A stretch of 63,904 nucleotides of DNA, the filler included, from Ministeria vibrans ATCC 50519 (taxonomy: Eukaryota; Protista; Filasterea), in the NCBI GenBank assembly GCA_943704425.1. It is 10 parts of 10 records of this genome, joined end to end, with 100 filler letters (N's around TTAATTAATTAA, not from the genome) between each part and the next. Parts side by side here need not be neighbours in the genome. Positions count along the whole stretch, not along the records: positions 20,648 to 29,856 come from CALSCP010000409.1; positions 29,957 to 32,872 come from CALSCP010001280.1; positions 32,973 to 35,212 come from CALSCP010000581.1; positions 35,313 to 56,297 come from CALSCP010001513.1; 6 more parts are not named here. One strand, written 5' to 3'. This document shows, piece by piece, positions 23,801 to 36,422 of the stretch. The translations under genes and the position numbers were made by a program. The notes under the pieces were generated by a model that was given only the letters and a program-made list of their open reading frames with translations, made no database searches and was not told where the DNA came from. Within the stretch, counting starts at the first letter, position 1. Every line of letters starts with the position of its first letter.

Positions 23801-25012
23801 CTGGTGAGTGGCGCCGACTTTGCGACGGTACTTGGTGCCATCAAGTTGAGTGCACAAGAGGCACTCTTGGGCGACGCAGTACTGTTGCGTCGCAAAGACT
23901 CTTACTTTATTGTATTTGGCACTGGCTCGATGGAGCGTCACGGAAAATTGTACGCCATGTCGCTGAGCAAACTGCGCGAGACAGGACTTGTGAAGGACAA
24001 GAAGGAGCGCGCCAAGATCGGTCGACAGAGCATGCGAGTGCTCGAGGACCCCACCGAGTCAACCAAAGCCAGTGATCTTGAGAGCTCGTCCAAGAAGAAG
24101 TGCACGCGCAAGTCGTCGGGATTCCACACGACACCCACTCTTGTCGATCTGAACGATGACGGTACGGCGGACGTGGTTATTGCCGGCGCGGGCGGCTTCA
24201 TTTACGCTGTGGACGGTGCAAGTGGCAAGCGACTGTGGCTCTCGCGATTCCGCGGCTGTCAGCCATGGCGCGCCAGTGCCAGTGCCACACCTGGCTTCTA
24301 CAACGACGACAAGGTGCCCGACCTCTTTGTCAGCTTTGTGTTGCCTGGCGAGCAGTCGGTCTTTGAAGAGGAGGGCGGCGACGGCGATTTCTACGACCCA
24401 GGGGCCCTCCCGGAACGCGTTGTCTACACCATTGTTGATGGAGTGACAGGCGACCCCCTGTGGGTCTCCACTCACTCCTACCCAACACCCGCACCCCACA
24501 TCTACATGCCGGCGACGTCGGTGCGCATGCCGGGCTACGGCCAAGACGTCTTCCTGTTTGTTCAAGTGAATAGCGAACACCCCACCAAACTGAGCAAGAA
24601 GCTTCCTTACTCGCACCTGGTTCGACGCGATGTGTCACTTGCAATCATGGCTGTGCGTCGCAACGCCTCTGCACCCGCCACCAACCTACGCTCGGCTGAC
24701 CTGAGCTCCCTCTTTTCCCTTGTCTACGACAATGCCATTATCGACGAGATGGAGTCGGTAGTCTCGTCGCTGGCCATTGGCGATGCCGACGGCAACGGAC
24801 AGCTTGACGTGTTTGCTGTGCTCCCCCGCCAGCCCGTCCATGGCGACATTTTGCGCTCGCGTCGCGACGGCCGCGACTTAAGTGTCGAGGTGCGTCGCTA
24901 CAGTCTCAATCTGCCCGCCCTCTGCGCGCAGCCCTGGCCCTCCTACCTGGGTCGTTACAGTAACGGTGTCTACGTGCCCGAAGAGTGTCCAGCAGGGAAA
25001 GATGGAAATTGA
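20858..25012 (+). CDS. FG-GAP/FAM234-like beta-propeller protein with two tandem propeller modules (5' truncated)
   Basis: Repeated DxN/DGDG motifs (DMDGDG, DWDNDG, DLNGDH, DLDGDG, DQNDDG, DLNDDG, DADGNG) and DGxTGxxLW motifs. Both modules end in a W..Y.G...G motif. Confidence 0.75.
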
Positions 25013-25079
25013 GAGAACAGTGTTGTGCGAACTATTTTAATTGTTTACAGTATTGCATTTTGTTGTTGTGAAGAAAAGT

Positions 25080-26905
25080 TTAGCTTTTCCATTGATCGGG
25101 AGTAGTTGCAGGTGTAAAACGAGAAAGACCACCACGCATAGAAACAGACGTCGCACCATGAGAGCCCAAAGCAGACGCAGATGCTCCTCTGCCTCTCCCA
25201 CCGCCACCACCACCAGTGAAGGTCGGGCGAGGAGGAACACTACCCCCTACTCCTCCTCCTCCTCTCCCTCCCCTTCCTCTGCCGCCACCTCGTCCCCCGC
25301 GACCTCCACCGCGTCGTCGTGGACCTGAGCCTTCTTGACGAGCGCGAACAAACCAGGGGGCACCATTGGCAATGCGAACGAGCTCGTCGGGCACACGCTG
25401 ATTGGCGAGTTCCAGATTGAACACAAGATCACCGGCAAAGTGTGCGTCTTTGTCGGCACTCGTCTCGGCAAATAGTGTGTACGCAGTGCCCTTGGTGTTG
25501 GCGCGGCCCGTGCGCCCAATGCGGTGCACATGCGTGTCGATGTCCTTTGGTAAATCGAAGTTGACGACTGTGCGGATGTGAGCAATGTCAAGGCCACGCG
25601 CAGCAATATCGGTTGCCACAAGAATGTTGACGTCGTGGCGCTTGAGAGCCGCAATGGCTTCGGTGCGCGTCGACTGATGGTGGTCGCCGTGAATGGCAAC
25701 GCACGCGTGTCCGGCGCTCTTGAGGTTGTCGGCGAGCGTCTGGCAGTTGACGCGCTGGTTGACAAAGATGAGAAGAGCCCCGGCAGAGAGGAAGCCCACG
25801 AGACGAGCAGTGAGCCAGTTCCACTTGTGTGCGTCAGACGGCAGCACAACGGCATGCTGCTCAATGTCCGTGTTGGCCTCGCCTGCGTCGCCCACGACCA
25901 CTCGCACGGGTCGTGTAAGCACATCGCGCGCAAGCCCCTCCACCCGCCCGGGCATAGTTGCCGAGAACAACATCGTCTGCCGGTCAGGCCGCGTCTGGCC
26001 AATCAATGACCGCACCTGTGCTTCAAATCCCATTTGAAACATCCGGTCGGCCTCGTCCAGTACCACAAAGCTACAGCGAGTCATCCGCACATACTTGCGC
26101 TTGATCATATCAATTAATCGTCCGGGGGTTGCCACAATGATCTCACACCCCTCCGCCAACACCTGAAAAAATATATTTAAATTAATAACAATGATAATTA
26201 TAATAATAATAAATTAATATGACGTATTATTATTATTATTTATAATCACAAGAGTAGTTGCACAGCTCTCATAGAACAGTACCTTCCGTTGTTCCCACAT
26301 GCTCTCCCCACCGTACACCGCCAGCACTCGCAACGAGTAGCACCGCCCAAAGCGCTTTGCTTCGCGGTATATCTGCTGACACAGTTCGCGAGTGGGTGCT
26401 ACCACAATGCCAATGGGCCCTTCGTTCTTGTCCACCTCACACTGATCCATCAGATGCACAATCATAGGCCACAGAAACGCCGCCGTCTTGCCACTGCCAG
26501 TCTTGGCAATCCCAATGAGGTCGCGTCCTGACAGTGCTACTGGAACAGCTTGGGCCTGGATCGACGACGGCATTTCATACCCTAAATGAGAGCAAAAGCA
26601 TGTAAGAGAGAAGGAAAAAAAAAAACAAGAAAGGCAAGACACAGACACACACTCATACACAATATACTCATACTCATACACAATATACTCATACTCATAC
26701 ACACACACACACACACACCTGCTGCTCGAATAGTCGCCATCAGAGACGAATCAAAGCCAAAGTGGGCAAACGACGAGCAGGGTCGAGCAGGATCGGGCCC
26801 ACTTACACGCACACCCAACTTGCGTCGCAGTGCAGACACTTCGGCGTTGGAGAGTTTAGCGATGGCCTACAAACAATAGACACACCGTCACCACACACAC
26901 ATATC

Positions 26906-26936
<31 letters not shown>

Positions 26937-27521
26937 TCCGTACGTCGGACTCATCATAAAAATTCTTCTCGATGGCCATATAATCGATTTTGACGTGGTC
27001 CAACGGCGGGAGAGGCACAGCCAGGGTGTCTTCGGGGGCGCCTCCGTCGCGGAGTTCGCCGTCGTCGCCAATCACGGCTGATGCGCCGCCGTTCTTGTCG
27101 AGTTCCTCAAAGTACAGCTCCTGAGCATCCTTTTCCTCAATGTCCGTCCGTGTCCCCGTCTGCACCGACGCCCTCTTGGCGACCTCCGCCTCTTCCTGTT
27201 GGTTTGCCGCCATGAACCGTTCCAGAGGATCGTCGTCGTCTTCGTCGTCGCCGTGCGCTGCCGCGACACACGCAGGCTGCGCCGGACCGCCCGGAGTCCG
27301 GGTAACGTCGTCGTCGCTGTCGGCCAGACGTTCGCTGAGAGGCTTTAGACGCTTGCCGCCCCCAGTGAGGACCGGATCGCGATCGTCGTCGTCAGAGTCG
27401 TCGAAAATCTGGTAAAACAAAAAAAAGAAGGAGAGAATCAGAACGACGTTCGATTCACGAGAGATCTCATTGTCAGCGCCTATCGCAATCGTACCCCTCT
27501 CTTGAGCGGAGGCTTATTCAT
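25080..27521 (-). CDS. DDX42: DEAD-box RNA helicase DDX42 (SF3b125)
   Basis: DPLERFMA, GRDLIGIAKTGSGKTAAFLWPMIVHLMDQ, PTRELCQQIY, DEAD, SAT, HRIGRTGRA, and an RGG tail. Confidence 0.9.
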
Positions 27522-27578
27522 GGAATAATTTGGTATTTGACTGATCAGCTCAGGTGTCAGTTGTCACTTAATTCTGCC

Positions 27579-29643
27579 ATGTCCTCCCCGTCATCCCCAG
27601 TCCACGCACAGCGCCTCGGCGAGAAAGAGAAGCTTGGATGGCTGAACTCTCGTCTTGAGAACTACATCCGCGCCAACCAGGCGCTTCGCGTACGTCTGCG
27701 TGGGCACTGGCCCTTCCCGTTGCCAAGCAAGCACTCTCATCGCTTTGTATTGACACGGACTCTTCTGCCCACCCCGCTTGCGATCGCGTAGGAGCAAGTC
27801 GAGGCCCTCGAGAAGGATATCAAGTCCCTGCGCGACACCGAGCACGACGAGGCTCTGCGTGTGAAGGTAAATCCTTTTTTTTTTCTTTCCTTCTCTCTTC
27901 TTTCTCCTTTTTTTTTTTTTTTTTTTGTACAGGCGCCCCGACGTCGCGCTGCTGGTGGTGAACTCCATGTAGTTGACGTCTGACGTCATGTCTTTCTGCT
28001 AACATTCGATCGTTTGCAGTCTCTGTACGAGCGCGAGATCCACGAGATGCGCACCGTTCTGGACGAGACTGCACGCGACAAGGCGGAGTGTCAGATGAAG
28101 ACAAACAGTCTTGTTGATGAGGTGAGCAACTTTTTCCTTTGTGTTGTGAGGGTTTGACGATTATTATATATTATTCCGATCAAGTCAGCGTGTCAAATCA
28201 ATCATCGCTGCTCTTTCACTTTATGCATTTCTAATCGCTTGTTCTTCTTCTTCTTTAATCCACCATCTCTTTCTCTCTTGCTTGCACTGCAATAGGTTGC
28301 CGATCTGAAAAAACGCCTTGGAGCGGAATCACGACTGCACAAGCAGGCGGATGCGCGCGCAAGCAAGATGGCCACCGACTTGGATCGTGCGCTGGCACAG
28401 GCGTCGTCGCTCAAAGACGATCGTGACCGAGCGACCGCTGAGCTTGCCGAGGCCGCCAAGGAACGCGATTCGCTTCGTGCCGAGGTTATATGAAATGCAT
28501 AGTTGTTCCTTTGTGTTGTGTGTATGTCTAACGATCCAAATATTCGCTTGATTGTTCTTTTAGCTTGCGGCGCTGAAGAAAGACTTCGACCTGGAGAGTC
28601 TGCGTCGTGTGAACTTTGAGAATGACTGCCTGACACTGCGCGATTCTCTTGTGTTCGCCAAGAAGGAGCATCGGGAGGTGGTGTCGGTGCTGCAGAAAGA
28701 GAATGCGGCCATGAAGAAGCGCCTGCAGACGCACGAGGACGACATGCGCCGCGAGTGCGACAAGAAGGTGGCGCAGGCGGTGGAGGCGGCCAAGCGCGCC
28801 GCAGACGAGAAGCGTGGTCTCCTGATCATTGAACTGGAGTCTAAGTTTGAGCATCGCGTAAGAGGGACAAGTGAGAGAATGCAGCTGAGTGACTGTGTGT
28901 GTGTGTAGGTTACACTGCTGCAACAGCAGGTGGAACGGGAGAAGAGTGCGTGTGCGGGGCTGTTGTCGCGCGTGGGTGAGCTGGAGAACGTTGTGGACCA
29001 GCTGACGGAGCAGCTCAAGAAGTGCCGTGACAACTGCCAGTAAGTGTTTTTTTTTTTTTGTCGTTCTGTATGTGTGTAAGTGTGTGTTTGTTAAAAGGAT
29101 TGTTGTCGCGTAGGAAACTGGAGAGCCGCGTGAGCGACCTGAACAACACGCTGCGACAGGAGCGGGAGTCACACACAACGGACCTGCGCAACCGGGACCG
29201 CCGTCTTGCGGACGCACAGCGACAGATGGACGAGCAGCTCAATGCCATGGACGATCTGACGAGTGTCAAATTGTCGCTGGAGAAGGAGCTCAAGACCTAC
29301 CAGAAGCTGCTTGAGCTGGAGGAGAAGCGTTTGGGCATTTCAGGCCACGCGCCGCCCTCCGACGACGACGCCGCCGGACCCAGCAGCAGTGCACCCCCGC
29401 GCACGCCCTCGCCGCCCGCGAGTCCCCCTACCTCCGACACCACCACTCCCTCCCGCAAGCGCCGTCGCGTTGCCGAGACCGTGGTCAAGGCGCGCGTTGT
29501 CAAGCACGGCTCGGCCGTCACTTTCGAGTCTCTTGATGTCGAGGGTGCCTTTGTGCGTCTGGAGAACACCCAGGCCAGCCCGGCCAAGCTCGACGGCTGG
29601 TCCCTTGAGTCCACTGTCGCCGGAAAGACCGTCGTCTACAAGT
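27579..29643 (+). CDS. Nuclear lamin (3' end lost at linker)
   Basis: SP...RLGEKEKLGWLNSRLENYI (coil 1A), LYEREIHEMR..LDETARDKA, ESLRRVNFEN, KLSLEKELKTYQKLLELEEKRL (IF rod-end consensus), NLS RKRRR, and lamin-tail domain start GAFVRLEN...LDGWSL. Confidence 0.92.
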
Positions 29644-29822
29644 GTACGATGTTGTCATTGTGCACAGTGTGTTGACTCACTCTCTTCTTCTCTCTCTCTC
29701 TTTGTTTCTTTCCCCTCCCTCTCTCTCATTTTGTTTCTTTCCTCTCCCTCTCTCATTTTGTTTCTTTCCTCTCCCTCTCTCTCATTTTGTTTCTTTCCTC
29801 TCCCTCTCTCTCATTTTGTTTC

Positions 29823-29856
<34 letters not shown>

Positions 29857-29956
29857 NNNNNNNNNNNNNNNNNNNNNNNNNNNNNNNNNNNNNNNNNNNN
29901 TTAATTAATTAANNNNNNNNNNNNNNNNNNNNNNNNNNNNNNNNNNNNNNNNNNNN

Positions 29957-30235
<279 letters not shown>

Positions 30236-32110
30236 TTACTTCTTCTTCTTTTGACTCATCCCACTCGGTGCACCGCTCTTCGCGGGTGCTCCTGGACGAC
30301 TGGCCCGTCCAGACATCATTGCCCCGCTCAGCTTGCGGCGTGCGCCTCCCTTTGGTGGCTGTGGCTCGGCCGCCGCTGCCGCTGCTGCTGCCGCCGCCTC
30401 CTCTTCCTTGCGACGCTCCTCGTCAACCGCTGCCTCCTCAGCGCGTGCCTTATTCGAAAAGAACGCCTCTATATCGCGTGCACTCATCTCCTTACTGCGC
30501 GTCGCATACACAGCGCGCCCCAGCGGCCCTGCGTCGTCGTCACCCTCACCCTCACCCTCGCCTGCCCCACCCGTGCCACCACCGCCCAACTTCCTCCACA
30601 TGCGCGTCGCCCACTTGCGGCGCACCCACTCAATGAGCGCCGTCGACCCCACCCCCAGCGCAACCAGCTCCACTTCGTCCTCGTCTGCGACCAGTGCCGC
30701 CCGTTCTCGCGTGAAGAACGCCCGCTTGTGCTCCACCGTCTCAAACCCATTGAGTGCCAGTTGCGCCCCGATCTCCTCCTCGTCCACTCCCTCCCCCTTA
30801 AACACCAGCACCATGTCCTCCAAATCTACGCGCTCAAACATAATTATTACACCGTTAATAGTAATAAATATTGACGTAATATAATACGGTGGTCGCGTCT
30901 TGTTCAATAAATCGTATATATACGTACCGAGAGTGGGGAAAAACAAGTCAATAAGGGACTCGGCAGACTCGGCACTCTCCGCGCCATAGACGCCGCTACG
31001 AATGCGGTCCGTGCCATATAGCGCGCGCAAGGATTCGGGATGCGTCTCCTTGGCCGTCTCTGCATTGGCTGGTCCCATCAGAGCACACCACCGCAGAACT
31101 GCATTCGCACCAATCTCCCCCAGCCCCAACACTCCCACCCACAGCGGATCCGATACCAGGAACTCGCTCTCTTCACTATCCTTGCCGTGCCCTAGCCACT
31201 CCGACACAAACTCCCCCGTCACTTTCCGCTTCTCCTCCGTCACAATCGTAAACCTAAAATAAAACACACATAAAAAACATCATAATTATACATCTCTTTG
31301 ATTTCTCCATCTCGCTATCGCTTTCAATTGCGTGACTTACCCTGCTTCAGCAATTTTTGCCTTGATATTCGCTTCGTAACCCATTGAGAGTGCGTCAGGC
31401 AAGATCACTGCGAGCGTGCGCTGTGCCTCCGGCGCCTTCTTGTCGCCCCCGTGTGCCGCCGCCTCTTTCGCTGCTGCCTCCCTTTCGCGCTCCAACTGCT
31501 CGTCAACCACAGTTGGTAGCGCTTCCGTTGCTTTGCCGCTGCTTGCCTGTCGCTTTGCGTCCGTTGCATGCCACTTGTACAGCGTCTCCTGGATCAGCGG
31601 AGTATTCACACCATGCACCACCGCAACCAGCTTGCCCTCGATCAGAAATAGAAAACACGGCATCGATCGGTGACGATACTCCGAAAGCTGCTCCACGCTG
31701 TCGCTCTCCGCCTGAACACATCAATCGACAAGACACGAATAATTATTAGCACAACAATGCACAACATGCTAGCGAAAGAGAGAGAGAATTGAACATGATT
31801 TCGCCGTCGGACCCTTGCAAAGTGTAAGCGTTCTCCTCCAAGCTCTATTTTCATGCGACGAAACGTTGCTGCAATGCTCATGCAGGGACCGCACCATTGA
31901 CTGTACACATCCATCACTAGCAAAACAAACAAAAAGGCTCAAATATGAAACTTTTTAGTCTAGCGTCGCCCGTACCCACCAAACCCGCTGTCTTTTCGAT
32001 GAGTTCGGCATACTCCGCCGTAGACTTGACGTCAACCTGCACAGCAATGGTAGAGAGTCGGCAAGAACTGTCAGCTTCAATCGTTTTTTCATCAGTCAAA
32101 CGGTTGCCAT
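30236..32110 (-). CDS. Thioredoxin-NDK fusion, NME8/NME9 (TXNDC3) family
   Basis: MDVYSQWCGPC thioredoxin domain with PCFLF..EGKLVAVVHGVNTP. NDK-like domain RTLAVILPDA...W..LMGP...AKETHPESLRALYGTD, plus a second degenerate NDK-like domain. Confidence 0.85.
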
Positions 32111-32295
32111 GGAGATGTTACGTGATAGGCCTTTTCAAGCTTTTTAGACATTGATCAAAGTAATATTATTATTAGTATATTGTGTGGAAATGTCGTGAAT
32201 TCGTATCCAACAACAAAGGGAAGGAAAAAAAAGATGAAAAAAGTACATTATTTTTTTATGATTTATTCCCAAACGCATTCGCTTCTCGACAGTCA

Positions 32296-32746
32296 CTACG
32301 TACTGCTCTCCAGACAGTGTTGACACATAGTCTCAAGGCGTGTAACGACTTCGTCCAGGGGCGGGCGGCGTCGCGGCGAACCAGCGAGGCAGTCGACAAG
32401 CAGAGTGGCAAGAGAGTCGCCGCAGTGCTCGGGGATAAAGGTCGGGAAGGGCCGTTCCTGGACGGGCGGAGGCTCATGACACGCCGCCGAAATCTCCCAG
32501 AGGAGCCAGCCAAACATGAAGACGTCGGAACGTGGAGTGCTCTCCAACGTCGGCATCTTCATCTCCGGTGCATGGCTGGGCGCCAGACGACCCGCCTGAG
32601 GCAGGTCAAACGCTACAAACTCATCCTGTTGACACGCCCCTCGCTCGATTGCCATGCACAGCTCAAAGCCCGACAGCTTTACCACACACTCGCCATTCGT
32701 TTCATTCGTAGGCGCCATCACAACACACGATACAGCTCCAACATTC
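32296..32746 (-). CDS. TK/TKL-like pseudokinase C-lobe, last exon (5' truncated)
   Basis: (R)NVGAVSCVV...VVKLSGFEL...HAPE...SDVFMFGWLLWEI...C....P.RRP....V...LE. Confidence 0.8.
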
Positions 32747-32772
32747 CTTCAAACAGAAAAGAAACATTAATT

Positions 32773-32872
<100 letters not shown>

Positions 32873-32972
32873 NNNNNNNNNNNNNNNNNNNNNNNNNNNN
32901 NNNNNNNNNNNNNNNNTTAATTAATTAANNNNNNNNNNNNNNNNNNNNNNNNNNNNNNNNNNNNNNNNNNNN

Positions 32973-34741
32973 CGCGTTGTGTTTCCACGTGTAAGGTACC
33001 TGTAGTCTTCTGCGTCCTTGGTCAGCCCAAACTTTTCTGTGTTTGAAATCAGGAGGTCAGTCCACTTCACTCTCTCTCTCTTGTTGTAAACCTGATTCTC
33101 CGCTCTTGAGCAACTGGTAGAACACATGGAAATTGCGGTCACCATTCTCCTGAAACACCACTCGCCCCTTCTCCAATAAATCTACGCACGCACACATAGA
33201 GAGACAGGAATCAGACATTGAACTTGGTGTGGGGTAGTGGGGTACAGTGAGTGAGGTATCCGCCAATGGGCGCACCGCCCCGCGCAAACTGCATGTCCAT
33301 GTACTTGCCCTAATACATACACACGCATACACACAATGAATGGTGGAGATCACAGCAAAATGCAAAATGTAAACGTACAAAGCGACTCGAGTTGTCGTTT
33401 CGCACTGTCTTCGCATTGCCAAACGCTGTTGACAGGGGAGTGTTGTTTCAGTATGAGAATGACAGACTCATCATCATCATTGTCTACTACCTTCAAGAAC
33501 GGGGTTTGTCTTGAGGAGCTGCTGCGAGATCTTCTCGACTTTCTTGCCGTGCTGGTAGCTCTCAATGCCAGCGACGTACTGCATGAGCACCTTGGAAGCT
33601 TCCGTCTTGCCCGACCCTGACTCGCCACTGATGATGACGCACTGTTTCTCGCCCTTGAACTTCATTTGAGCATAGGCGGTGTCTGAAACAAAGATGAAAA
33701 TACACAGAGTAAAGTACCGAAGGGGGAAATACACAAACTCAGACTATACCGGTGACAGCGTATAAGTGCGGATTGAGTGACGGCTCGAAGATGAAGCGAC
33801 CGCGATAGCGATCAATTTGCGAGCGACTGTACAGTCCAGGAATAGTGCGGTACGGGTTCACCGACACAATAACCTCGCCAATGTAAGTCTGCAAAAACGC
33901 AAAAAAAAAAAACAAAAAAAAAGCATAAACAAACAAAAAAGAAAGTGTCAGTCGGTCATGTTTATGTTTCATGTTTGTCATAAAGACAATTTATCACACG
34001 ATCACGATTTGCGAAGCGCACGCCTGCTTCTTGCCGAAAAGCATTCCGATCACCACCAAGTCGACACACACACACACGAGCGCAAGAGGGAACGAGAAAG
34101 TCAACTGGATGTAAGGAAAAGCCAAAAAAAGCAAAAAAGCAAAGCAAAAAAAAATGCAAAATGCAAAATATACAAAAAAAAAAAAAAAAAAAAAAAAAGA
34201 CGCTGACTTCTTTTTGCGTTTGCTCGACACGACTGAATCCAACCGCAACGGACGCCAATGCGGCTGCTGGCTGAACAATCGCGTTCACAGCCGCCCACGC
34301 CCACCCATACGCGCGTGTAGAGAGAGGGATCTTAAGCGCTTTGCTTTCACTATCACTCTTCTCACTCCTTTTTTTTTTTTTTTTTTTCTCACTGAGGAGA
34401 GTCTCATGGCAAAACGACGGAAGAAGACGACAAGGGTAGCGCGGGTGGCGGAGGGCAAGACAAAGCAATGGGTGGGTGGAAGAGGAGGGGCGAGAGAGAG
34501 CGCAGGGATCGCAGTGTGGGTTACAGTCGGAAGGTTATCAACTGCATGATCAACAATCACAACACACTCGCTGGGAAAGCGATAAGGTGCGCCGTGCGAT
34601 CGCTGCTGCGCCCTGGACGGAGGTGGGTGCAGGGATCGCAGCGCGTTGGCATGCAAGGAGGAGCGCATTGAGCCACATGAGGGTTGTAGGGATCGGCCGA
34701 ACCGGCAAATGAAACGATAAACAAGCAGTGAGGTGAAACAA

Positions 34742-34776
<35 letters not shown>

Positions 34777-34981
34777 AAAGAGAATCTGTCGTCGTTACGT
34801 AAATGGCGCCATCGTCAAAGCGGGCGCGGAGGTTGTCAAGGAGTGCTCTCTCGGTGATGTCTTCGAGCAGCAGCAGGTCCTTGATGCCGACTTCCTTGCG
34901 TTCGGCCGCGAGAGTGCGCGTTGCCAATGGCGACACCGCCCCCGTCACCTTGTCGCTCTTGTCTTTCACTGACTTCCCCAT
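32973..34981 (-). CDS. Class I-like myosin motor domain, N-terminal part (3' truncated)
   Basis: DLLLLEDI...NLRARF...IY|TYIGEVIVSVNPY, PHLYA, P-loop GESGSGKTEASK, NNDSSRFG-type switch I (RNDNSSR), LLEKGRVVFQENGDRNFHVFYQLL. Confidence 0.93.
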
Positions 34982-35072
34982 TGCCTTTACGCCACAGAAG
35001 ACGCTTTACAGAAAGGGTGCAAAATAATTAATAAGCAAAATGATTAAATGAATAACTGACCTTGACTATAAA

Positions 35073-35111
35073 CAAAACAAACAGCAGCACAATACGTCCG
35101 CCGTAGACTTC
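35073..35111 (-). promoter_or_regulatory. 39-nt dispersed element upstream of myosin (copy 2)
   Basis: 36/39 identical to 7512-7550. Confidence 0.45.
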
Positions 35112-35389
35112 GAACCGAGACTGTCCCAAAAGATTTATATGAAAAGAAGCGTCTATCATGCAACTAATTCAAGTCCATGTACGTAAAAAACCGTATATAC
35201 TACAAAAGCGTCNNNNNNNNNNNNNNNNNNNNNNNNNNNNNNNNNNNNNNNNNNNNTTAATTAATTAANNNNNNNNNNNNNNNNNNNNNNNNNNNNNNNN
35301 NNNNNNNNNNNNAAAAAAAAAAAAAAAAAAAAAAAAAAAAAGCGGGGTGCTGTTATTGCTTTTTCTTTTTTAGTAAAAGAAAAAGATTA

Positions 35390-36359
35390 CTTCTTCTTCG
35401 AGAACGCGTAGGATCGATCTAATCGCCTCTACCCACATGTACGCCTGCTGGCGTGTCTCGGCGACAATGTTGTAGGTGCGACTGGGAGTGCACACGTGAA
35501 AAGGACACTTCGAGTCAGGCAGAGGCGCATTGGGGTCGCTCCCTGCCGTCCCTAGTCGCACCGAGTCGGCACTTGGGCACTCCGCCAACTGAATGCCCCC
35601 CATCATTTGCGTCTCCTTCTCATCGCGAAAGTACAAGAGCGTATCGGCATTGCCGCCCCGTCCCAGCACAAACCAGCGGCGCTTCCATGTGCGGTGCGAC
35701 CCACCCTGCTTGGTGAGCCAGCCCGTCATGGCCGCTGCACCACGCAACGGCGCCAATGGCAACGACGACTTGCTTGACGTCCCGACGTTGCTCTTGCTTG
35801 ATGCCATTGAGGATGAGTCACCACATTCCACATCCTGCAATACACACGGTTCAGATTTGGGTACATAAAAAAGCAGCGACGTACGGAGGGAACGGTGCGG
35901 GTAGTCATTTGGGAGACGGCACGACCCGATGGGTATATGGCGGAGAGGGTGTCAGAGCCACCGCTAAAGGAGCTGACAACCGAGACAGTCTTTTCGTTGC
36001 GCGTTGGCTGCTGTTGTTGCTGTCGGAAGTGGGAAAGCACACCCGCAATGGCCGACACCCATGCCTGCATGTCGTCAGCCGTGTCCGCTGCCATCCGCAC
36101 TGCATGGCTCGATGTCGTCACCTCAAACACATTGGGTTTCTACGAGTGAGATACGCAAACGGAGTGAGACGGGGAAGGAAAAAAAAAACGGTTAGAGCGA
36201 ACAAGGCGATAGAGAGAGAAAAGGAAAGAGAAAGAGGTTAGAGTAAACCACGCGATTTATAAAGAGAAAAGGAAAGGAAAACATAATGTACGAGAAGCAA
36301 GAAAGGGGAGAAGAAACAAAGCAAGAGACAGAGGCAAAGAGAGAGAGAAATGTGTGTGT

Positions 36360-36422
<63 letters not shown>

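Noticed and set aside
32011-32027. Third copy of the 39-nt element
   Set aside because: Only a ~17-nt gapped match inside a coding exon (KSTAEY); probably chance.
35100-35125. tRNA or tRNA-derived SINE (GGTTCGAA on the minus strand)
   Set aside because: No A box or cloverleaf could be found.
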